DNA from: Bacillota bacterium
GTDB taxonomy: Bacteria; Bacillota; Sulfobacillia; SLMV01
Length of the DNA stretch: 64,000 nt
Assembly (NCBI GenBank): GCA_046483165.1
Contig: JAWODQ010000126.1
Coordinates: 3,811-67,810, forward strand
Direction: 5' to 3'
How positions within the stretch are numbered: position 1 is the first letter of the stretch; each line of letters opens with the position of its first letter. Under the pieces are notes generated by a model. That model saw only the letters and a list, made by a program, of their open reading frames with translations. It did no database searches and was not told where the DNA came from. The translations under genes and the position numbers were made by a program. Positions 19,281 through 28,978 of the stretch are shown here, in pieces.

Positions 19281-20627
19281 ATGCGCGAATTGCCGGACGA
19301 GCCCGTGGGCCGGTTTCACATACAAACTTACGGATGTCAGATGAACGAATACGATTCGGAGGTCATGGCCGGGGTGCTGGAAGCTGCGGGCTATGAGCCG
19401 GCGACTTCGCCCGAACGGGCGGACGTCATCATCCTAAATACCTGTGCGGTACGACAGACCGCCGAGGAACGGGTGCTCGGGGAACTGGGCAGGCTGAAGA
19501 TCCACAAGTACCGCAATCCCGACGTGGTATTGGCCATCGGCGGCTGCGTCCCGGTGGAGCGTGGTGCGGCCGAGAGGATACTGCACCGGGCGCCTCACGT
19601 GGATCTGATCTTCGGTACGGGGGACATCCACCTCGTGCCTCAGCTGTTGCAGCGGGTATTGGGTGGCGAATCTCCGCTAATCGCGGTGGGTGATCGCGAT
19701 GCCGAGCGCCCGGAAGGGTTGCCGCGGCGCCGCCAGGCCGGGGTGAAGGCGTGGGTCCCCGTAATCCACGGGTGCGAAAACTACTGCTCATATTGTGTGG
19801 TTCCCTACGTACGAGGTCGTGAGCGCAGCCGATCTCCCGAAGACGTAGTTCGAGAAGTCGAAGATCTGGTATCCGACGGGGTGCGGGAAGTTACCCTGCT
19901 GGGGCAAAACGTCAACTCTTACGGCAAAGATCTCCAAAGGGACATCGATTTCGCAGATCTCCTCCAGAGCCTTGCCGAAATCGAGCGACTGAAATGGATC
20001 CGCTATACGACCTCACACCCCCGGGATTTTAGTCATCACATGGTCGACACCGTCGCGAGGCTCTCATCGGTTTGTGAACACTTCCATCTCCCGGTCCAAA
20101 GTGGAAGTGATGCGATCCTGCATCGTATGAATCGCGGTTACGACAGGGCCCACTACCTGGATTTGGTGAACTACGTTCGCGAGCAGATACCGGAGGCATC
20201 CATAACGACGGACGTCATAGTCGGTTTCCCGGGGGAAACGGATGAAGATTTCGAGCAAACCCTGGACCTCTTCCGGCTAGTCCGATTCGACGGAGCTTTC
20301 TCCTTCGCGTATTCGCCCCGCCCCGGTACCGCCGCGGCCAAATTCCCCGACCAGATTTCCCCCGAAGTCAAAAAGGAGCGGCTCGCACGTCTCAACGAGC
20401 TGCAATACGCCATCGGATTGGAGAGGAACGAAGAACGCGTGGGCAAGGTATACGAGGTCCTGATGGAGGATCCGGCACCGAATCATCCCGGCGTTTACCG
20501 GGCGCGTACCGCCACCAATCACCTGGTGCTGGTTGAGGCTCCGGCGGGTTTGCGTCATCGGTTTGAGCTGGTCAGAATAGTCGAAGCGCAGACCTTCCAG
20601 CTCAGGGGCGAGCTCATCGATCGGTAA
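19281..20627 (+). CDS. miaB: tRNA-2-methylthio-N6-dimethylallyladenosine synthase MiaB
   Basis: 'FHIQTYGCQMNEYDSE' is MiaB-type, 'CENYCSYCVVP' is the radical-SAM cluster motif, and there is a C-terminal TRAM region. Confidence 0.9.
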   Translation: MRELPDEPVGRFHIQTYGCQMNEYDSEVMAGVLEAAGYEPATSPERADVIILNTCAVRQTAEERVLGELGRLKIHKYRNPDVVLAIGGCVPVERGAAERILHRAPHVDLIFGTGDIHLVPQLLQRVLGGESPLIAVGDRDAERPEGLPRRRQAGVKAWVPVIHGCENYCSYCVVPYVRGRERSRSPEDVVREVEDLVSDGVREVTLLGQNVNSYGKDLQRDIDFADLLQSLAEIERLKWIRYTTSHPRDFSHHMVDTVARLSSVCEHFHLPVQSGSDAILHRMNRGYDRAHYLDLVNYVREQIPEASITTDVIVGFPGETDEDFEQTLDLFRLVRFDGAFSFAYSPRPGTAAAKFPDQISPEVKKERLARLNELQYAIGLERNEERVGKVYEVLMEDPAPNHPGVYRARTATNHLVLVEAPAGLRHRFELVRIVEAQTFQLRGELIDR

Positions 20628-21372
20628 CGTTTTCTGCAGTACCGGTGGGTTTAAGCACGGAGACCACCATGCGCAAGAAACCCTCGCGGAGTATCGGGAT
20701 GTATGTCAAGGGCGTCAAGAAGGTTCGCAGGGGATATTCCCGGTGATATTGGACCTCAAAGGGTACTTCCGCAAGGATGTGACGGAAACGCCGCGCGGTC
20801 ATGCGGTTGATGTAGCTTAGGCTTTGGGCCTGGAGATCATCGCCGAGTCGCAGGCGCAGGCGTCGCTTTGCGTCCGGCAGGGGCGATACCAATCGTTTGT
20901 AGGCCTCGATCAATGTCCTCTCCGAGAAGAACACGTGGACCCAGGGTATCCCGATGGCATCGCTGAGATGGGCTCCGTAGGGGTGGTAATATGGTGGGAA
21001 ATTCAAAAAGAGTCTTCCGTCGGGCGCCAGTACTCGGGCACACTCTCGAAGGACGGTGACTGGTTGGTCCAGGTGCTCGAAAGTATCATTCATGATGATG
21101 GTGTCGAAATGCGCGTCGGGGTGTGGCAGGCTCGCGGCATCGGCCGTAATGAAGTTAACCCTATCGGCCAGGCCGAGTTTTCGCGCGAATTCTTCGGCGT
21201 CCGCTCGGTAATGCGGTACCGGATCCACACCGCAGACTTCGCGCGCTCCCAGGGTAGCATAATAACAGGTCTTTCCGCCGCCACCGCAACCGATATCGAG
21301 GACGCGCCGAGAGTTAAACATATCCCCCGAGTCGGTATACTCTTCGAAGAATTGTATGGTCCGATGTCCCAT
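20614..21372 (-). CDS. class I SAM-dependent methyltransferase
   Basis: Motif I 'VLDIGCGGGGKT' and post-I 'VCGVD' are present. The track ORF 20614..22248 runs antisense into mutS, so the start is set at ATG 21372 ('MGHRTIQFFEEY'). The gene is convergent with miaB with a 14-nt 3' overlap. Confidence 0.6.
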   Translation of the reverse strand: MGHRTIQFFEEYTDSGDMFNSRRVLDIGCGGGGKTCYYATLGAREVCGVDPVPHYRADAEEFARKLGLADRVNFITADAASLPHPDAHFDTIIMNDTFEHLDQPVTVLRECARVLAPDGRLFLNFPPYYHPYGAHLSDAIGIPWVHVFFSERTLIEAYKRLVSPLPDAKRRLRLRLGDDLQAQSLSYINRMTARRFRHILAEVPFEVQYHREYPLRTFLTPLTYIPILREGFLRMVVSVLKPTGTAENVTDR

Positions 21373-21552
21373 TTGGAACTGCCATTCGGTGTAGCTTTGC
21401 TCGCCGCTCGCCTCGGTGTTGAAGGGGTGGCGGGGGAGGGGGAAAAGTCGATTCAGTAGAAGAAGCAATCGTACGGACAAGGGATTCCTCCCGCTGATTA
21501 GCGAATGAGCGATCTTTACTGTACAATAACATGAAGAATTCCGCGGTGGAAG

Positions 21553-24153
21553 TTGATCCCGGCCCGCGGAGCTGGGAGGGTGCCGTTGGATATCAAAGAT
21601 CAGGTAACAACCCCCATGATGAAGCAGTTTCTCGAGATTAAAGGGGAACATCCCGATGAAATCCTGTTCTTTCGAATGGGAGATTTCTACGAGATGTTTT
21701 TCGCGGACGCCGAGCGCGCTGCCGCTATCCTCGACATAACGCTCACCTCGCGCGACGGAGGAAACGGTATCCGTGTTCCCATGGCAGGTGTGCCCCATCA
21801 CTCGTCCGAGGGATACCTCCAGCGCTTGATCGAGGCGGGTGAGAGAGTGGCGATATGCGAGCAGATCGGCGATCCCAAGGGTAAAGGGTTGGTGGCCAGG
21901 GAGGTAACCCGGGTGATCACACCGGGAGCCCGGCTGGATTCCGGGGTTATGGGGAGTCGCGAAGACAACTTCGCCGCGGCCCTCGCCGGCGAAGCCGGGA
22001 CGCTCGGGATGGCCGTCGCCGACATTTCTACCGGTTACTTCGCGTGCTTCCAGGTCTCCGGAGAGAGGAGCCGAGACCAGCTCCTGGCGGAGTTCGCGCG
22101 ACTGAAACCGCGCGAGTGCCTCCTGGATCCCTCCCTGGACGAAGAAGACTGGTCTCAGGACTTGCTTTCCCTCGGGGCCATCAGTTTTCCGCGAATATCC
22201 GAACGTTCCTTCGAGCAGAAGACGGCCCGGCGCACACTCACGCGACATTTCGGCACCAGGGACCTGGCCGGATACGGGTGCGAGGACAAATCTTACGCCG
22301 TGAAAGCCGCCGGGGCGCTCCTCGACTATTTGTCGGAGATGCAGGGTCGGCCGCCCGCCGCAATAACCGGCCTCAGAACTTACTCCCTGGATGATTACCT
22401 GAGTCTCGATCCCGTCGCGCGCCGAACCCTCGAAATCACGGAACCACTATTTGCCGACCGCGAAGGCAGCACGTTGCTCGAGACACTGGACGGGACCCGC
22501 ACCTCGATGGGTGGGAGACTGCTACGGCGTTGGATGGAGCGTCCTCTACGAGATATCGACGCCATCGAGCGACGCCTGGATGCCGTCGAACGCCTCGTGA
22601 GCGATGCGTTTGCCCGGGAAGCCCTGGGTAAAGCGCTGGAGGGCATGGCCGATCTCGAGAGACTGGTCGGGAGGGTGAGCGCGGAGACGGCAAATCCGAG
22701 GGACATGGTGGCGTTACGCGAGGGTCTGGATAGGCTACCGAACTTCGTCGACGTATTGGATTCCCTAAGCGACGATGCGTCGTGGGCCAAAATCGCCGAG
22801 CAGATGGACACCCTCGAAGACGTCAGGGAGGAACTCGGCGACGCCCTGGCCGATGAACCGCCGACCGCGATCAGTGATGGTGGCATCATCCGCGATGGAT
22901 ACTCCGATGAGGTGGATGAGCTGCGGATCCTGGCGGCCGACGGACGCGGATGGGTCGCGGGACTGGAAGGCCGCGAGCGGGAGAGGACCGGCATCAAATC
23001 CCTCAAGGTGGGATACAATAAGGTCTTCGGCTACTATATCGAGGTGACGCATCCGAATCGCGACCTGGTTCCCGAGGATTACATACGCAAACAGACTCTG
23101 GTGAACTCCGAGCGCTACATAACTCCGGAGTTGAAGGAAAAGGAAGCGGACATCCTGGGTGCTCAGGATCGGCTCGCGGAACTGGAATACGATGTCTTTT
23201 GCGCCCTGCGTTCTCGAATCGCCCTAAAACGGGAGAGGATGCAGGCCACCACCTCCCTCCTGGCGCGTATGGATGTGTTTTTGAGCTGGGCCGAGACGGC
23301 GGCTCGACGGGATTATTGTCGTCCGGTGGTAGACGAAAGCGGCGATCTTTCGATAGTAGCGGGGCGCCACCCCGTTTTGGAGCGAACCGAGCCGGACTTC
23401 GTACCCAACGACTGCGAGCTGGATCCGTTGAATCGAGCCTTCGCCGTCATCACCGGCCCCAATATGTCAGGCAAATCGACGTACCTGCGTCAGGTGGCGC
23501 TCATAACTGTGATGGCACAGATGGGCTGTTTCGTTCCGGCTCGCTCCGCGCGCATAGGTCGGGTGGATAGGATATTCACGCGTATCGGCGCCGCGGACGA
23601 TCTAACCCGCGGTCGCAGCACTTTCATGGTCGAGATGACGGAAGTGGCGGATATACTGAATAACGCGACACCCCGAAGCCTGGTCATCCTCGATGAGGTG
23701 GGGCGGGGCACCAGTACCTTCGACGGCATCAGCATCGCCTGGGCAACCTGCGAGTACCTGAGATTGTCTCCCGGGCTGGGTTGCCGCACCCTGTTCGCCA
23801 CCCATTATCACGAACTTACCCGTCTGGCGGAGTTCTGCCCCGGGGTCTTCAACTGCTCCGTGGCCGTTCGAGAAGATGGCGAAGATGTCGTATTCCTGAG
23901 AAAAGTGGTTCCCGGACCCTCCGACGAGAGCTACGGTATTCACGTGGCTCGCCTGGCCGGTCTCCCGCGAGCGGCGCTCGGCAGGGCCCGCGAAATCCTC
24001 GACGGACTCGAAGAGATCAGTGCGGTTCCCGAGGTCATCGGCGAAGTCTCCGATTCTCCGTATCTCGAGGAGATGCGCGGGGCGACGACCCTAAAGCAGG
24101 CTTCACTGTTCGCCGATTCGGGAGCCGGGGGAGGCGGTGCTAACGATGGATGA
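21553..24153 (+). CDS. mutS: DNA mismatch repair protein MutS
   Basis: 'TPMMKQFLEIKGEHPDEILFFRMGDFYEMF', Walker A 'GPNMSGKST' and the C-terminal HTH are present. The likely start is TTG 21586, after GGGAGGG. Confidence 0.9.
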   Translation: MIPARGAGRVPLDIKDQVTTPMMKQFLEIKGEHPDEILFFRMGDFYEMFFADAERAAAILDITLTSRDGGNGIRVPMAGVPHHSSEGYLQRLIEAGERVAICEQIGDPKGKGLVAREVTRVITPGARLDSGVMGSREDNFAAALAGEAGTLGMAVADISTGYFACFQVSGERSRDQLLAEFARLKPRECLLDPSLDEEDWSQDLLSLGAISFPRISERSFEQKTARRTLTRHFGTRDLAGYGCEDKSYAVKAAGALLDYLSEMQGRPPAAITGLRTYSLDDYLSLDPVARRTLEITEPLFADREGSTLLETLDGTRTSMGGRLLRRWMERPLRDIDAIERRLDAVERLVSDAFAREALGKALEGMADLERLVGRVSAETANPRDMVALREGLDRLPNFVDVLDSLSDDASWAKIAEQMDTLEDVREELGDALADEPPTAISDGGIIRDGYSDEVDELRILAADGRGWVAGLEGRERERTGIKSLKVGYNKVFGYYIEVTHPNRDLVPEDYIRKQTLVNSERYITPELKEKEADILGAQDRLAELEYDVFCALRSRIALKRERMQATTSLLARMDVFLSWAETAARRDYCRPVVDESGDLSIVAGRHPVLERTEPDFVPNDCELDPLNRAFAVITGPNMSGKSTYLRQVALITVMAQMGCFVPARSARIGRVDRIFTRIGAADDLTRGRSTFMVEMTEVADILNNATPRSLVILDEVGRGTSTFDGISIAWATCEYLRLSPGLGCRTLFATHYHELTRLAEFCPGVFNCSVAVREDGEDVVFLRKVVPGPSDESYGIHVARLAGLPRAALGRAREILDGLEEISAVPEVIGEVSDSPYLEEMRGATTLKQASLFADSGAGGGGANDG

Positions 24154-25855
24154 TCGAAGGCGAATCCGCGTGCTGTCGAGAAATATCGTAAACCGCATAG
24201 CCGCGGGAGAGATAATCGAGAGACCGGCCTCGGTCGTGAAAGAACTGGTGGAGAATTCCCTGGATGCCGGTGCCTCTCGAATCGTCGTAGACATCGAAAG
24301 CGGCGGGGTCGCACAAATCAGGGTCACAGATGACGGGGCGGGTATTCACCCCAAAGATATGCTGCTGACGGTGCAGTCCCATGCCACCAGCAAGCTGGAG
24401 ACCGCCGACGATCTTTGGTCCATATCCACCCTGGGCTTTCGCGGAGAAGCCCTGGCCAGCATCGGCGCGGTCTCCCGTTTGGAGATCCACTCCCGAGTCA
24501 AGGGCGCTTCGGAGGGTGCCCAACTGGCCGCAGAAGGGGACAGGGTGGAAGGAATCAAGCCGTGGATGGGTCCCGAAGGAACGTGGGTCGAGGTATCCGA
24601 TCTGTTTTTCAATACCCCGGTGCGTCGCGATCAATTGGCGAGCCCCGGGGTGGAGACATCGCACGTTTCCGCGCGCGTCAGGGAACTTGCCATGGGAAAC
24701 CCCGCGGTATCTTTTCGCCTCACTTCCAGAGACCGGGAACTGGTGTTCACCTCCGGTAGCGGCGAGTTACTGCAGACAATAGCGGAAGTCTTCGATGGGG
24801 AGTTTGCCTCGCGACTGCTCCCTTTGGACTCGCGAGATAACCCGATAATCGGCGGATTCGTCGGTCCCCCCGACCTGACGCGAGCCCGACGTGACAGGCA
24901 ATACTTCCTCCTAAACGGCCGGGCGGTAATGCATCCTCCCTTTCAGGCGGTGCTGGAGAGAGCATTCGACGGTTTCTCTCCGGTGGGACGTCACCCGGTG
25001 GCAATCGTTACCCTCAACGTCCGAAGCGATAGGGTGGATGTCAACGTACACCCCGCGAAACGCCGCGTCAGGTTTCACGACGAGCGCGAGCTGGCCGGCC
25101 GGCTGTACCGGAGAGCCCAGGGAGCGTTGCTGTCGATGAAAGTGTCCCGGTGGGATCTCCCACGGGCTCAAGGTGACAAGGCGAGGGCGGAAAGAGGATA
25201 CTCCGAAGAAACTGTGGCCGAAGAACAGATGACTTACGAAAACCTGCGACCGCGAGAGCAGGAGACTCGGGCGAGCGCTTTGTACGCTTCCCTCGAGCCC
25301 CTGGGCCAGGTGCTGGATTCCTATATCGTTGCCCGGGGTCCGGAGGGACTCTATCTGATCGATCAACATGCGGCCTGTGAACGTCTTTACTACGAAGCGT
25401 TTCTGGCCGCCATGGAAGAACCCAATCCTCCCGTACAGAAGCTCGTTTCTCCCGTCGTGTTGGATCTCGATCCGGATTCTTTGCGCCATTGGAGTGAGTG
25501 GGGCGACATGCTGGGAGAACTCGGTTTCGAGGTCGAAGAATTCGGTCCCGAATCCCTGGTGGTGCGCGCCGTACCCGTGTCGGCGGGAGAGCCGGTACCC
25601 GCGAGGCTGCTCGTCGAGATGCTGGAACGACTCGCCGAAGGCAGCTCGGTTACCCCCGGGGCGACCCGCGCCGCCGCCGCCCTCGCCTCATGCCGCGCTT
25701 CGGTAAAGGCGGGGCAAACCCTCGCCGACGCGGAGCTGCGCGGCCTGTTGGGAAGGATGTCTCGGCTGGAAACCCCGGCCGTTTGTCCGCACGGAAGACC
25801 CACCATCATTCACATCGGCCGCGAGGAAATCGAGCGACTATTTCGGAGGACGTGA
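24146..25855 (+). CDS. mutL: DNA mismatch repair protein MutL
   Basis: 'IRVLSRNIVNRIAAGEIIERPASVVKELVENSLDAGA' is the GHKL ATPase motif. The gene overlaps the mutS end by 8 nt. Confidence 0.9.
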   Translation: MDDRRRIRVLSRNIVNRIAAGEIIERPASVVKELVENSLDAGASRIVVDIESGGVAQIRVTDDGAGIHPKDMLLTVQSHATSKLETADDLWSISTLGFRGEALASIGAVSRLEIHSRVKGASEGAQLAAEGDRVEGIKPWMGPEGTWVEVSDLFFNTPVRRDQLASPGVETSHVSARVRELAMGNPAVSFRLTSRDRELVFTSGSGELLQTIAEVFDGEFASRLLPLDSRDNPIIGGFVGPPDLTRARRDRQYFLLNGRAVMHPPFQAVLERAFDGFSPVGRHPVAIVTLNVRSDRVDVNVHPAKRRVRFHDERELAGRLYRRAQGALLSMKVSRWDLPRAQGDKARAERGYSEETVAEEQMTYENLRPREQETRASALYASLEPLGQVLDSYIVARGPEGLYLIDQHAACERLYYEAFLAAMEEPNPPVQKLVSPVVLDLDPDSLRHWSEWGDMLGELGFEVEEFGPESLVVRAVPVSAGEPVPARLLVEMLERLAEGSSVTPGATRAAAALASCRASVKAGQTLADAELRGLLGRMSRLETPAVCPHGRPTIIHIGREEIERLFRRT

Positions 25856-26802
25856 TGAGCTCGAAACCACCGATAGTGAGCATAGTCGGCCCCACGGGTG
25901 TGGGGAAGACCGGGCTGAGCTTGCGACTCGCCCGGGAATTCTGTGGCGAGATAGTGTCGGCCGATTCCATGGCGGTATACCGGGGAATGGACATCGGTAC
26001 GGACAAACCGACCCCCGAAAAACGAAGAGAGATTCCCCACCACTTGATCGACATAGTGGACCCGGACGAAGAATTCAGTGCGGGCGAGTTCAAGGCGCTG
26101 GCGAAGAGGGCGCTGGAAGATATCTGGAGCCGGGAGAAACTACCCTTTTTGGTAGGCGGTACCGCGCTTTACGTGCGCACCCTGCTATACGATTATCCGC
26201 TGGCTTCGGTGGGCGCCGACGAAAGGATGCGTCGACGCCTGTACGAAAAGGAAACGAGCGGTGAACGCGGCACTCTGCACCGGATGCTTCGAGAAATCGA
26301 CCCCGAGAGCGCGAATCGCCTTCATCCCAACGATCTCAGGCGCATCGTGAGAGCCATAGAAGTTTATCATCTGACCGGTACGACCATGACTACGTGGCGG
26401 GAGAGAACGCCAAAGGAACCGGTGTATCCCGTGCTCCTGTTGGGGCTGTGGCTGCCGCGGGAGGAGCTCTACCGCCGGATCGAAGAACGGGTCGACGAAA
26501 TGTTCCGAGAGGGTCTCGTGGAGGAGGTGCGCGGCATTCTCCGACGTTTCCCCAACCTGGGACCGACGGCGTCACAGGCCTTGGGTTATCGTGAAGTCGC
26601 CGCATATCTGGACGGGGAATTGAGTATGGAAGAATGCGTGGAACTGACCAAAAAGAATACGCGACACTTCGCCAAGCGCCAGCTCATGTGGTTTCGCAAG
26701 GAACCCAAAATATCCTGGATACGTGCAGATCGAGAAACATCGAAGGCACGCAACCTGGTGGGGAAATGGTTAAAAGGTCGAGGCGAAGAACGAGACGTAT
26801 AG
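25855..26802 (+). CDS. miaA: tRNA dimethylallyltransferase MiaA
   Basis: 'IVSIVGPTGVGKTGLS' P-loop. Start ATG 25855 overlaps the mutL stop (TGATG). Confidence 0.9.
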   Translation: MSSKPPIVSIVGPTGVGKTGLSLRLAREFCGEIVSADSMAVYRGMDIGTDKPTPEKRREIPHHLIDIVDPDEEFSAGEFKALAKRALEDIWSREKLPFLVGGTALYVRTLLYDYPLASVGADERMRRRLYEKETSGERGTLHRMLREIDPESANRLHPNDLRRIVRAIEVYHLTGTTMTTWRERTPKEPVYPVLLLGLWLPREELYRRIEERVDEMFREGLVEEVRGILRRFPNLGPTASQALGYREVAAYLDGELSMEECVELTKKNTRHFAKRQLMWFRKEPKISWIRADRETSKARNLVGKWLKGRGEERDV

Positions 26803-26912
26803 CGGCAGGGTATTCCACCGGCGATGTCGAATGAGGAATTAAGAAGCGACGCACCGACGACGGAGAACGGGACCCTCGTAGCAGTGTGCGGGGAGTCGAG
26901 GAGGAGATTCCA

Positions 26913-27203
26913 TTGGACCGAGTGCCCTCCATTGTATTTGGCCGCCACCGCGGATCCATCGAATGCCTCGGTTTCCCAGTCCCAACCATTTCCGAATCCA
27001 CCCTCGAAAGACCAAACATCTACGACCAATCGAGCGATGAGCCTTTCTTCGACGGCGACTCTACCGTCGAGGCGAGTCGCGAAGATCGTGTTCATTTGGA
27101 AGACGAAGACGTTTTCGGACCCCAGTCAAATCCAGGCGTGCATCCGAGCAAACCGGAAGCCTCGGGGCAAATGCTCCGGAATTGGGAAAGAGGGATCGGA
27201 TGA
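26913..27203 (+). CDS. small acidic hypothetical protein (~96 aa)
   Basis: The ORF frame has strong NNC/NNG third-position bias, unlike the alternative overlapping frame. TTG 26913 lies 5 nt after SD GAGGAGGAG (26899-26907). Its stop overlaps the next ORF start (ATGA). No recognisable family. Confidence 0.4.
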   Translation: MDRVPSIVFGRHRGSIECLGFPVPTISESTLERPNIYDQSSDEPFFDGDSTVEASREDRVHLEDEDVFGPQSNPGVHPSKPEASGQMLRNWERGIG

Positions 27204-27391
27204 GTATGATAAGCACCGAAGAGGTCGCGGTGGAGTACGTATGCTATCGCTGTGGACGCCAGGGAGTTATGGTGGTCAACCCGCCATCGGAGTATTCCGA
27301 CGAAATCCTACCGTCCAACTGGGTCGTGTGTCCGGGATGCAATACCATGGTCGTGGGACGTCCCGTTAGCGACCATACGCGCAACTTCTAA
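27200..27391 (+). CDS. small zinc-ribbon protein (~63 aa, CxxC...CxxC)
   Basis: 'CYRCGRQ' and 'CPGCNTM' are about 28 residues apart. SD 'AAAGAGGGA' precedes ATG 27200. It is translationally coupled (ATGA) to the acidic ORF and followed by a strong terminator. Confidence 0.45.
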   Translation: MSMISTEEVAVEYVCYRCGRQGVMVVNPPSEYSDEILPSNWVVCPGCNTMVVGRPVSDHTRNF

Positions 27392-27445
27392 GGAGATAGG
27401 GCGAGGCCACCAGAGTTGAGCGTTAAAACCCATATTTTCTCCGCA

Positions 27446-27480
27446 GGGGAGATTCTTCGGAATCTCCCCGTTTTCTTTGG
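27446..27480 (+). terminator. rho-independent terminator (GGGGAGATTC-TTCG-GAATCTCCCC plus GTTTTCTTT)
   Basis: A perfect 10-bp stem with a TTCG tetraloop and a U-rich tail was read directly. It separates the miaA-small-ORF unit from mraZ. Confidence 0.85.
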
Positions 27481-27569
27481 AGGAGTTTCCCGTGGAGCGG
27501 AGAATACAGTTAGTGGAGACAGGTGGAGTAAAGTGGGGAATATGGGAGAATGCTCGGGGGTCGACGTCG

Positions 27570-28007
27570 ATGTTTATGGGGGAATACCAGCACAATTTGG
27601 ATGAAAAGGGTCGGATCACGGTGCCGGCTCGGTTCCGAGAAGAACTCGGAACCGAGTTCGTTATGACCAAAGGTCTGGACCAGTGCCTGTTCATATACCC
27701 CATCGAAGAGTGGGAGAGCCTCACCGAAAAACTGCGCCAATTGCCCTTCACGCGCTCCGACGCCCGCGCCTTCGTTCGCCTGTTCTTTTCCGGTGCGGCG
27801 CAGACGAGTTTCGACTCCCAGGGAAGAGCCCTGATACCCAATAACCTGCGCGAGTACGCCGATTTGGGTAAAGAGGCCGTAATCATCGGGGTGGGAGCTC
27901 GCATCGAAATCTGGGGCAGTGACGCGTGGTCGCAATTCCAGGATTCCACCGAGGCAAGTTACGAGGAATTGGCCGAAGAATTGACGGATTTGGGGTCGCT
28001 ACTGTGA
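27570..28007 (+). CDS. mraZ: transcriptional regulator MraZ
   Basis: 'MFMGEYQHNLDEKGRITVPARFRE' is the canonical MraZ N-terminus. Confidence 0.9.
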   Translation: MFMGEYQHNLDEKGRITVPARFREELGTEFVMTKGLDQCLFIYPIEEWESLTEKLRQLPFTRSDARAFVRLFFSGAAQTSFDSQGRALIPNNLREYADLGKEAVIIGVGARIEIWGSDAWSQFQDSTEASYEELAEELTDLGSLL

Positions 28008-28978
28008 TGTATCACCGGCCGATCATGGTGAAAGAAGTCGTGGAAATACTCGAACCCCTCCCGGACGGAGTCCACGTCGATGGGACCGTCGGGGGTGGGG
28101 GGCACGCGCTCGCCGTGGCACAGGAGATGGATGAGCGCGGTCTCGTGATCGCCATCGACCGGGATGCAGAAGCACTGCAAAAGGCCCGAGAAACACTCGA
28201 AGACGTGCGCCCGAGAGTTGAATTCCTTCGGGGGGACTGGCGAAACATCCATCGGCATCTGGGCGATCTGGAAATCACTTCTATCGATTCCGCCTTGCTG
28301 GATCTGGGTGTCAGCTCCCATCAACTGGATACGCCTCGCCGCGGCTTCAGCTACGCAAATAGGAATGCTCCTTTAGATATGCGAATGGACCTCGATTCAC
28401 CCATAACTGCGGCGAAGGTCGTGAACGAGTACGCGGAAGGCGATCTCACCCGAATCATCAAAACGTACGGTGAAGAGCGATGGGCCTCCCGCATAGCAGA
28501 CTTCATAGTTCGCAAAAGACCGATGCAGACCGTGGGCGAGCTGGTTGACGCCATCAAGGCCGCGATACCGGCCTCGGCGCGCAGAGAGGGACCCCATCCG
28601 GCCCGTCGGACCTTTCAGGCTCTGAGGATGGAGGTCAACCGAGAACTAGAGGGATTCGAGGAAGGGTTGATGCGCTTAATCGAAACACTCACTCCCGGGG
28701 GGCGAATGGCGGTAATCACCTTTCACTCCCTGGAAGACAGACCCGTCAAACGGGTCTTCCGCTACCTTTCGCGGGAGTGTCGGTGTCCACCGGATTTACC
28801 GGTATGCGTCTGCGGGGGGCCCGTTGCCCGGGATCTGACCCGGCATCCCGTGACACCCGGCGACGAAGAAATCACCGATAACCCACGGAGTCGGTCCGCC
28901 AAATTGAGGGCGATAGAATTGGTACGAGATGCTTCCGAAGTTTTGCGAGGAAGGAGGGAAATTTCGCGATGGCAGTGA
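28007..28978 (+). CDS. rsmH: 16S rRNA (cytosine1402-N4)-methyltransferase RsmH (MraW)
   Basis: 'HRPIMVKEVVEIL...DGTVGGGGHA' and 'LDLGVSSHQLD' are RsmH motifs. TGATG overlap with mraZ. Confidence 0.9.
   Translation: MYHRPIMVKEVVEILEPLPDGVHVDGTVGGGGHALAVAQEMDERGLVIAIDRDAEALQKARETLEDVRPRVEFLRGDWRNIHRHLGDLEITSIDSALLDLGVSSHQLDTPRRGFSYANRNAPLDMRMDLDSPITAAKVVNEYAEGDLTRIIKTYGEERWASRIADFIVRKRPMQTVGELVDAIKAAIPASARREGPHPARRTFQALRMEVNRELEGFEEGLMRLIETLTPGGRMAVITFHSLEDRPVKRVFRYLSRECRCPPDLPVCVCGGPVARDLTRHPVTPGDEEITDNPRSRSAKLRAIELVRDASEVLRGRREISRWQ

Noticed and set aside
21373-22248. N-terminal 292 codons of the track ORF 20614..22248 (-)
   Set aside because: They overlap mutS on the opposite strand and have no recognisable domain. 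The methyltransferase domain begins at the internal ATG 21372 (motif I 'VLDIGCGGGG').
26824-27369. 181-aa ORF in an alternative frame spanning the miaA-mraZ spacer
   Set aside because: Its third-position composition is mixed and its translation is low-complexity. The overlapping frames 26913..27203 and 27200..27391 have coding-like GC3, SD sequences and ATGA coupling.
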